From contig NZ_CP030918.1 in assembly GCF_003324675.1 (NCBI RefSeq), positions 1,560,001 through 1,592,000 of the forward strand: a DNA stretch of 32,000 nucleotides, written 5' to 3'. Each line of letters begins with the position of its first letter. The stretch's first letter is position 1. The position numbers and the translations under genes were made by a program. The notes under the pieces were generated by a model. The model had not been told where the DNA came from, did not search any database, and saw only the letters and a program-made list of their open reading frames with translations. Of this stretch, positions 15,291-23,100 are shown piece by piece. Source of the DNA: Paracoccus suum. Lineage in GTDB: Bacteria > Pseudomonadota > Alphaproteobacteria > Rhodobacterales > Rhodobacteraceae.

Positions 15291-17932
15291 GTGGCGAGGG
15301 CTCCAACGGAAATGGGCTCGGGCGAGGCTTCATCCCGCATATCGGCGATTGCGGCGCACCAGTCCAGCAGGGGTTGGGCCGCTTGCTGCCAGTCGCGGCT
15401 GGTGGCGGCTGCGGCCTCCGACATGGCCGCGAGGCGCGGCCGGTCTTGCGAGAGGTGCAGGATGTGGTCGGTGATCGCGGCGATGCAGTCATCCTCGGGC
15501 ACGACAAAACCGGTGCGGCCGTGGTCGATGGCTTCGCGCACCGCGCCGACATCGGTCGCGATGGGCACGCAGCCGACGCGCTGCGCCTCGAGCAAGACTA
15601 GCGGCAGCCCCTCGTAGCGCGAGGGCAGGATCAGGATATCAGCGCCGGCAAAGGCAGCGGTCAGCGCCTCGGGGCCCTCGACTGCCCCCAACACTTGCGT
15701 GCCGGGGGGCCAGTTCACGGGCTCAGCGCCGCCGACCACGGGCCGTCCGCCGACCGTCAGGCGGAAATTCGCGCCGCCGGCCCCAGCTAGCCGGGCAAAG
15801 ATCGCGGCGACGCGGTCGATGCCTTTCTGCTCGTCCAGCCGCCCGAGGTAGAGGACCGACAGCGGCCGTTCCGCCAGGGGATCGGCTCGCCCCGCGAGCG
15901 CGGCTGCGACATCGGCCGGGGCGAGCGGATAGCCGGGGGCGTTGACCAACGGCATCAGCTTGGCCTGCGGCACGCCGTGCGCGCCGAGCCAGTCGGACAG
16001 CGAGGTCGAGCAGGTCAGGATGCGGTCGTAGGCATTCTCATAGGCGAGGGCCAGCATGGGCGGGCCATAGCTGCGGCCATACTGGCTGACCTCGAGCAGG
16101 TGTTCGTGGCTGGCCATACGGGTGCCGCCCCGGCGCAGCGCCGCTGCGACCTTGTGGACCGCTGCAGCGTGGGCGTTGATGACCAGGTCCATCGGCCGCA
16201 GCAGCCCTTCGAGGTCAGAACGCTCCGTCGGATTGCCCCAACTCGGCTCGGCGGTGCCGAGGTAGGGTGTTCCGTGCCAATCGCCGGCGCTGGGATCGGG
16301 CAGGAAGCTGAGCGAGGCGAAAAGCGCCAGCTCGTCCGGATGCAGATGCGCTGGGCGGCCGCCGATGACGAACAAATGGCAGGCATGGCCAGCCTCATGC
16401 AGCGTGCGGGCCAGTTGCAGGACCACCTTTTCGACGCCGCCTTGGTCAAAAATCGGCACGGTAAAGCCGATCTCCAGGCGCGCGCCGGGCGTGCCGAGGA
16501 ACGGCAGCACCACGCCACCATGAGCCACCTGGCGGGGCGCGGTGATCGCCGCGGCGCGGGAGCGCGCGCCGCCCGGCTCGCGCCAGTCCCAGCGCTCGGC
16601 CAACGTGGCGCGGTAAGGGTGGGCGGCGAGGCCGGCCAGCAGGTGTTGGGCCTCGGTCGCACTGCCATCACCAGCGGGGCCGGTCGCGATGCTCGTCGGC
16701 AAGGTCAGCTGCGCCCGCGCTGCACCGGCGCGCAGGGCCGCGGCATCGGCCGGCACCTCGCCCTGCGCGGCGGCGCGGGCGATAATGGCGGGGCTTAGCG
16801 CGGTGATTGCCGGCGCGTCTGCGGCATCGCCAGCCTCGGTCCAGCCGAAGGTCGCATCAGAGGCAGCGATGCCGACGGTCATCGCTTCGCAGTCCGGATC
16901 GCGGGCAAAGCGGCGCTCGATGTTCCACAGGATGCCGCTCAGCAGACCGGCGTTTGTAAGGGCCGCGCGCAGGGCGTCTGGCATGACGATAACATAGGGC
17001 GGTGCGTGGTGGCGCAGCGGGGCGCCGAGATGGCGGAACAGCGCCGCCTGCAACTCGCCCGCAGGCCATGCGGCCATCAGGGCGGGATCGCTGCCCACCA
17101 CGGCCGGGCCGGTGGCCTGTGCAGTCAGCGCGTAGCGAGGGAAATCCGCTGCCTCGCGCGCCAGCAGGCCGCGCGGCTGGAACAGCCAAGGGTGGCGCTG
17201 GCGCAGATCCGCCCTCAGGCGGCTGTCGAGTTCGTGGCTGGCGGCCAGCATCGAGGCGGGACGCTTGCGATACTGCATCAGCGGCCGGCCAGCCGGCAGG
17301 CCAACCAGCCCGCGGCCGGTCGCGGCGAGGAAAAAGTCCCAATCCTCATAGCCTTGGCGCAGGTCCTCGGCAAAACGCAGGCCCGTGGCAAAGACGCGGG
17401 TGCGGATCAGGCTGCCGGCCTCGGAATGATTGGCGAGGATGTGCATCAAGGCCGAGGGCGCCGCCTCGCCCGCGTAGCTGCCGTCCTGGCCGAAGAAATC
17501 GAACGGTGGATAGAACCAGTCGCCCTCCGGGTGACCCTCCAGCAGCGCCGCGAAGGCGGCGCCAGCGCCAGGCGCAAAGCGGTTGTCGGCATCGAGCAAA
17601 AACAGCGCATCCGGTGGTCCTACGGGGTCCGCCAGTGCAACCTCGATCCCGGCGTTGCGCGCGGCACTGAGGCCGCGGTTGACCTGCGGCACGACCTTCA
17701 GCCGGTCCCGCCCGAGCGCCGCCGCCCAAGAGGCCAGCGCATCGCGCGTCTCGGCAAAACCGCAGCCGTCGTTGACGACGATGATGCGGCTGACCGTCCC
17801 CTCGTCGAGCAGCGCTGCCGCCGACGCAATCGCGTCGTCGACCAGTACCGGGTGACCCATGACGGGGATGACCACGCTGACACGCGGCGCCCCGCCGGCG
17901 GCGGGGCCGCCGCGAGGGTCGGGCGAGCTCAC
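15287..17932 (-). CDS. Bifunctional-looking glycosyltransferase fusion of 881 aa: N-terminal GT2 (GT-A) domain, an unassigned central region of about 230 aa, and a C-terminal GT4 (GT-B) domain
   Basis: Start re-assigned to the GTG at 17932, which overlaps the upstream stop (GTGA, 17929-17932) and has GGAAGG 8 nt upstream. GT2 signs: VSVVIPVMGH, IIVVNDGC, NRGLSAARNAG, DxD in FLLDADNRF, YEDWDFFL. GT4 signs: FDQGGVEKVVLQLARTLHEAGH, and E-x7-E in SRYEGLPLVLLEAQRVGCVPIATDVG. Confidence 0.85.
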   Translation of the reverse strand: MSSPDPRGGPAAGGAPRVSVVIPVMGHPVLVDDAIASAAALLDEGTVSRIIVVNDGCGFAETRDALASWAAALGRDRLKVVPQVNRGLSAARNAGIEVALADPVGPPDALFLLDADNRFAPGAGAAFAALLEGHPEGDWFYPPFDFFGQDGSYAGEAAPSALMHILANHSEAGSLIRTRVFATGLRFAEDLRQGYEDWDFFLAATGRGLVGLPAGRPLMQYRKRPASMLAASHELDSRLRADLRQRHPWLFQPRGLLAREAADFPRYALTAQATGPAVVGSDPALMAAWPAGELQAALFRHLGAPLRHHAPPYVIVMPDALRAALTNAGLLSGILWNIERRFARDPDCEAMTVGIAASDATFGWTEAGDAADAPAITALSPAIIARAAAQGEVPADAAALRAGAARAQLTLPTSIATGPAGDGSATEAQHLLAGLAAHPYRATLAERWDWREPGGARSRAAAITAPRQVAHGGVVLPFLGTPGARLEIGFTVPIFDQGGVEKVVLQLARTLHEAGHACHLFVIGGRPAHLHPDELALFASLSFLPDPSAGDWHGTPYLGTAEPSWGNPTERSDLEGLLRPMDLVINAHAAAVHKVAAALRRGGTRMASHEHLLEVSQYGRSYGPPMLALAYENAYDRILTCSTSLSDWLGAHGVPQAKLMPLVNAPGYPLAPADVAAALAGRADPLAERPLSVLYLGRLDEQKGIDRVAAIFARLAGAGGANFRLTVGGRPVVGGAEPVNWPPGTQVLGAVEGPEALTAAFAGADILILPSRYEGLPLVLLEAQRVGCVPIATDVGAVREAIDHGRTGFVVPEDDCIAAITDHILHLSQDRPRLAAMSEAAAATSRDWQQAAQPLLDWCAAIADMRDEASPEPISVGALAT

Positions 17933-19335
17933 GGCTCGAACCTTCCGACCGCCCGGAAGGCACGGAACAGGGCCCAGGCGTTGTCGTTGCTGGCGCCGCC
18001 GGCGACTGCGGTCGCCAGCGCCACGTCGCACCGCTCGCCGGACATTGCCGCGGCCTTGAGAGGCGCGTGCACCTCGCCCCAGCCGCCCGGCGGCAGCGTT
18101 ACCCAGGGGCCGAGGTGGTCAGCCCAGTTATCCTCGGTGATGTTGCCCGATTGGCTGACGCCCAGCGCAAAGGCCACGGGCGGTCCGTCGCGGCGGGCGG
18201 CGTGGACCACCGCGGACAGGCGCGTCAGGCCGGCCAGCGGCACCCGTTGCAGCAGCGCGCAGACGGGACCTCCAGCCGAGGGGTGGACGAGGATGGCGTC
18301 CTCGCCAGCCCAAAAGGCAGTCGCGACGTAGTCTTTGGCGCCCCGCGGGGTGGCGAGCAGGCTGGGCCGGGGCATATCGGCGGGACGGATGCGCTGGGCG
18401 AATGCATTGCCGGGTCGGCCTGCGCCGCCCTCCGTGATCGTCAGGCCGGCCCCGCCGGTCGCGCGCCAGACGCGCAGGGCGAGGGTCCGGTCGCTGTCCT
18501 CGCCGTCTTGGGTATCGGAGCCGTGCAGGGCAAAATCCGGGTCTGGCACCGCCGGGCCGAGGCCGAGGGAAAGCTTGGGGTCCGCACCAGACAGTTGCAG
18601 GCTGCAATCCTGGCGATCGCCTGCCAGCGGGGCAGGTGCGAGGAAACGCAGCCAGCCGTCGTCGCGGCGCAGGGCGCCGTCATCAAGCCGCAAGGCATGG
18701 ACGGTGCCCTCGCTGTCGAGGATTGCGACCGACAGTTCGCGCGCCTCGGACTCGCCGGCATCTGGCAGCCACAGATCGACAGCGGCGATGCCGGGGCTGT
18801 CGATCGGCAACCGCTGGGTAAGGACCGCGTCCGCCGCGGGCGCATGGGCGATGCGATCGGCAGGGGGCCAGTGCAGCGCCTGCATTTGCCGCGGCCCGCC
18901 GAGGCCCCAGATGAAGGCCTCAAGGGTGTTCAGGCGGCGGCTCACTTCCTCGGTTTCGCGGCGCAGCAGGGCGGCACTGCGGCGCGCGATGCCGGCGTCA
19001 CGCTCGGCCGCGGCCAGTCGCGCGGCGAGGGCGGCCGGCACGGCAGTGATGGCATCCTCCAGCGCCGCGACGGCGAGGTCGGGCAGGCCGGCCGCGTCGG
19101 CCAGATCGCGCGCCTGGGTCAGACTGGCGCGCGGCGCCAGCAGGAGGCGGGCTGGCGCCATGGCCGCGCGCAGGTTCGGATCGTCCGGTGCGGTGTCGAG
19201 GGCGACGGGCAGCAACTCAAAACCCGGCAGCGATGCGGCCAGATCTTCCGGCACGGATCCTGCGACCAGAAGCAGCGGCAGGGGCGACGTGTCCTGTCGG
19301 GCTGGGTCGGGGTCGATGGGGGCGGCTTCACTCAT
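17929..19335 (-). CDS. Hypothetical protein, 468 aa, no family recognised
   Basis: The ATG at 19335 overlaps the upstream regulator's stop by 8 nt (ATGAGTGA). Its own stop overlaps the GTG of the GT fusion. It has an Ala/Leu/Arg-rich helical stretch (AALAARLAAAERDAGIARRSAALLRRETEEVSRRLNTLEAF) followed by a region that looks beta-rich. No signal peptide by eye. Confidence 0.75.
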   Translation of the reverse strand: MSEAAPIDPDPARQDTSPLPLLLVAGSVPEDLAASLPGFELLPVALDTAPDDPNLRAAMAPARLLLAPRASLTQARDLADAAGLPDLAVAALEDAITAVPAALAARLAAAERDAGIARRSAALLRRETEEVSRRLNTLEAFIWGLGGPRQMQALHWPPADRIAHAPAADAVLTQRLPIDSPGIAAVDLWLPDAGESEARELSVAILDSEGTVHALRLDDGALRRDDGWLRFLAPAPLAGDRQDCSLQLSGADPKLSLGLGPAVPDPDFALHGSDTQDGEDSDRTLALRVWRATGGAGLTITEGGAGRPGNAFAQRIRPADMPRPSLLATPRGAKDYVATAFWAGEDAILVHPSAGGPVCALLQRVPLAGLTRLSAVVHAARRDGPPVAFALGVSQSGNITEDNWADHLGPWVTLPPGGWGEVHAPLKAAAMSGERCDVALATAVAGGASNDNAWALFRAFRAVGRFEP

Positions 19336-20008
19336 GGTCGAACTTCGTGCGGATCGGGGCGGGATCTTTCCATGGCATCGCCCCTCCCTCGGGCGCGGGC
19401 GGTGGCTGCGGGGTCACGCGTTTGCGGCGCGGGGCGGGCGATTCGGCCGGCGCATCTGGGCTGTCAGCCCCGGCCGCCGTCTCGGCCTCGTCCTGCAGCG
19501 CGCCGGCGGCATGGGCCAGCAGGCGTAGGCCGCGCCGGGTCGGATGCGGCTCGAAGCGCTCGCCCTTGGCGCCAGGCTCGCCGAGGCGTTCGGCGAGGCG
19601 ATCCAGCAGCGATGCGATGCCGTCCAGATGCGCGGCGCCCGCCGGGGTGGCCGTGACCTCGACCCCGCGCTTGCCGGCCTCCATCCCCTCGAAGGCGACA
19701 AGGCCGAGGCTTTCCAACCGCTTGCAGGTCTGCCACGCCAACTGTCGGGAGATGCGCTGCTGGCTTGCGAGGCGGAACGGGCGCAGCCGGCCGGCGCGAT
19801 TGATCGCCTCGAGCGCGGCATACTGGCTGAGCGTCAGGCTGGGATCGAGTTGCCGCAGCGCGCCGTCGAAGCTGGCGGAGACCAGCGCCACGAAGCCGAC
19901 GATGCGGCGGACATCGGCGGCATCGACATGGCTGCGACCCCGCGCCTCGGGTTGCCCGTCGTCATGTCCGTGCGGGGTACCGGTATGGCTATGATCGGTC
20001 CGCTGCAT
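19328..20008 (-). CDS. MarR-family-like winged-helix transcriptional regulator with a His-rich N-terminus and a Pro/Ala-rich C-terminal tail (226 aa)
   Basis: The track start at 20014 is a TTG; the ATG at 20008 is preferred. The core LTLSQYAALEAINRAGRLRPFRLASQQRISRQLAWQTCKRLESLGLVAFEGMEAGKRGVEVTATPAG matches the MarR wHTH layout. N-terminus QRTDHSHTGTPHGHDDG. Tail ADSPDAPAESPAPRRKRVTPQPPPAPEGG. It is the first gene of the co-oriented cluster. Confidence 0.65.
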   Translation of the reverse strand: MQRTDHSHTGTPHGHDDGQPEARGRSHVDAADVRRIVGFVALVSASFDGALRQLDPSLTLSQYAALEAINRAGRLRPFRLASQQRISRQLAWQTCKRLESLGLVAFEGMEAGKRGVEVTATPAGAAHLDGIASLLDRLAERLGEPGAKGERFEPHPTRRGLRLLAHAAGALQDEAETAAGADSPDAPAESPAPRRKRVTPQPPPAPEGGAMPWKDPAPIRTKFDHE

Positions 20009-20032
20009 GTCCAAACTTCTTCGTGTCCAAAC
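20008..20032 (-). promoter_or_regulatory. 9-bp direct repeat (minus strand GTTTGGACA-N7-GTTTGGACA) abutting the regulator's start codon. Candidate operator.
   Basis: Read directly: TGTCCAAAC at 20008-20016 and at 20024-20032 on the + strand. The last base of the proximal copy is the A of the ATG. A possible -35 TTGACT (20082-20077) and a weak -10 TAAGCC (20060-20055) with a 16-nt spacer lie upstream. Confidence 0.35.
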
Positions 20033-20105
20033 CGCGGGACCCCATTGTTACATGGGCTTAGCCGCAACAACTCCGAAGTCAACCCTGACGGGTAAAGCGG
20101 CGCTC

Positions 20106-23100
20106 TCAACCTGCCGCAGAGAGCAGGGCGGTATTGCCTCCCGCTGCGGTCGTGTCGATGCAGATATGCCGCTCAATCCGGCAGCGGGGCGTGATGTCGG
20201 CTTCGGTCAGCAACGGTATCAGCGGGCCGTGGCGGCTGGCAAGCGCGCGTCGCAGGGCTTGGGCTGCGGGATCATCTGCAGCACGCCAGGCAACCGCCGC
20301 CAGATGTGGCAGTCCCGCAACCAGCGCCGGGTCCAGCCAGCCGTCGATGGCGTGCGGGCCGCGTGCACCGGGGGCGACGATCAGCGCCGGCGCGCCGGCG
20401 GCGCGGGCCTGGGCTGCCTGCGCCTCTGCCTCGGCCAGCGTCGGGCCGAGGCAGAGCACGGGGCCCCGTCCATGGCGGGTCAGGCGGTTCGCCTCGCCGG
20501 TGGGGCCGGGCATGGTCTCGGCCTGAAGGTTACCAGCCTCGTCTGGCAGGGCAGCTAGCGCGGCTGCGACGGCGTCGGCGTCGGCGGGCACACCTTGGGG
20601 CGAGGTGAGCGCCTCCGGTTTCGTGTCGTGTGGCTGGACGAAGGCGGGGACGTAGGACGGGCCGCCGGCCTTGGGGCCGGTGCCGGACAGGCCCTCGCCG
20701 CCGAACGGCTGGCTGCCGACGACCGCACCAATCTGGTTACGGTTGACGTAGATGTTGCCGGCGCGGATCTTGCTCGCGACCGTCTCGACCCGGCCGGCCA
20801 TCCGCGAATGCAACCCGAAGGTCAGCCCGTAGCCCGAGGCATTGATCGCAGCGATCACCGTGTCCAGGTCGCGCGCGCGGAAGGTCGCGACGTGCAGGAC
20901 CGGGCCGAACACCTCGCGCGCCAGATCGGCGATGCCGCCGACGCGGACAAGCACCGGGGCAACGAAATGCCCCTCGGCCGGCGCGTTGAGGCGGTGCAGC
21001 ACGCGACCTTCGGCCTCGGCCGCCGATACGTAGTCGAGGATCGTGGCCCGCGCCTTGGCATCGATCACCGGGCCGACGTCCGTCGCCGCATCCCAAGGAT
21101 CGCCGATCCGCAGCTGGTCCATCGCGCCGGTCAGCATAGCCAGCACGGCCGGGGCGACGTCCTCTTGCAAATAGAGGCAGCGGAGCGCGCTGCACCGCTG
21201 GCCGGCCGATTGGAAGGCCGAGGCGATTACGTCGCGCACCACCTGTTCGGGCAGGGCGGTGCTGTCGACGATCATCGCGTTCAGACCGCCGGTCTCGGCG
21301 ATCAGGGGCGCGTCGGGCGCGAGGGCGCCTGCCATGGTCCGGTTGATCGACTGCGCCGTCGCGGTCGAGCCGGTGAAGACCACGCCGGCGACGCGCGGAT
21401 CGCCGGTCAGCACTGGGCCTAGGACGCTGCCCGCGCCGGGTAGCAGTTGCAGCGCGCTGCGCGGCACGCCTGCCTCGTGCATCAGTTGCACGGCGCGGTG
21501 TGCGATTAGCGGCGTTGTCTCGGCCGGTTTGGCCAGCACCGCATTGCCCGCCGCCAGCGCTGCGGCGATCTGGCCGGTAAAGATCGCCAGCGGGAAGTTC
21601 CAGGGGCTGATGGCGCTGATGATGCCGCGCGGCGCGGCGTCACCTAAGGCCTCGGCTTCGGCGGCGTAATAGCGAAGGAAATCGACCGCCTCGCGCAACT
21701 CGCCCAGCGCATCGGCCGGGGTCTTGCCGGCCTCGCGCGCCAGCAGGGCCGCGATCTCGCCGCGGTGGGATTCATAGAGGTCGGCTGCCCGGCGCAGCGC
21801 GTCGCCGCGCTCGGCCACCGGGGCGGACCAGGGCCAGGCGGCGGTCAGTGCGGCGTCCGCGTCAGCGGCGCTTGCCTCGCTCACGGTGCCCGGCCGGTCG
21901 TTCGGACGGGCCGGGTTCTCGACCGGCTGCGCGGTTGCCTCGGCACCCTCACGGGCCGTGGCGAGGATCGGGGCTGCATGCCATTCGGCCTGGGCGAAGG
22001 GCGCGCGCGCGGCCTCCCATGCGGCCAGCATCGCCGGCTCCTGTAGGTCGGCGCCGGCCGAGTTGCGCCGGCGCGGCGCGAACAGATCGCCCGGCGGGAT
22101 CACGGCGGTATTGCGCGGTTGCGCGGCGAGGCGGGCGAAGGGGTCGGCCGCTGCCTCGGCCGCAGGCACGTCGGGATCGACCACCTGATTGACAAAGCTG
22201 CTGTTGGCCCCGTTTTCCAGCATGCGCCGGGCAAGGTAGGCCAGCAGGTCCTTGTGCGGGCCGACAGGGGCATAGATGCGGCAGCGCGTGCTCTCGGCCC
22301 GGCGCACGATGTCGTGCAGCGCCTCACCCATGCCGTGCAGGCGCTGAAACTCCCACCCCTTGCGGTCGGGGGTCATCGCCAGGATCGCGGCAACGGTATG
22401 GGCATTGTGGGTCGCGAACTGCGGATAGATGCGGTCGGTCATGCCCACCAGCTTGCCCGCGCAGCACAGGTAGCTGACGTCGGTTGCGGCCTTGCGGGTG
22501 AAGACCGAAAAGCCCGGCGCGCCGTCGATCTGGGCACGCTTGATCTCGCTGTCCCAGTAGGCGCCCTTGACCAGCCGCACCATCAGTCGCCGGCCGCGCG
22601 TGCCGGCCTGATCGTAGAGCCAGTCGAGGACGGCGGGCGCGCGCTTGCCGTAGGCCTGCACGACCACGCCAAAGCCGTCCCAGCCTTCCAGTGCGGGATC
22701 GTCCAGCACGGCTGCGATCACGTCCAGCGACAGCTCCAGTCGGTTCTGCTCCTCGGCGTCGATGTTAAAGCCCATGCGCGCATCGCGCGCGGCGCGGGCG
22801 AGGCGGGTGACGACCGGCACCAGCTCGGCCATCACGCGGTCGGACTGGGCGGTCTGGTAGCGCGGGTGCAGCGCCGACAGCTTGATCGAGATGCCGGGGT
22901 TCTCGCGGATGTCGTCGCTGCGGCAATCGCCGGCCAGCCGCGCGATGGCGGTGCTGTAGGCCTGGTCGAAATGCTGCGCGTCGGCGGCCGTCATCGCGGC
23001 CTCGCCCAACATGTCATAGCTGTAGGTGTAGCCCTGCGCCTGCGGGCCGCGGCCGCGGCGCAGCGCCTCGGTGATGTCGCGGCCCAGCACGAAGGCATCG

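Noticed and set aside
17006-19656. Plus-strand ORFs of 441, 529 and 397 aa across the GT locus
   Set aside because: They are antisense to the coupled minus-strand genes, whose GT2 and GT4 motifs and stop-start overlaps fix the coding strand. The products are Arg/Gly/Pro-rich.
11326-20014. The idea that the GT locus is a horizontally acquired genomic island
   Set aside because: There is no flanking tRNA, integrase, transposase or direct repeats. By eye, base composition and codon style match the flanking housekeeping genes (putA, the sugar ABC genes). I cannot compute GC skew here, so acquisition remains formally untested.
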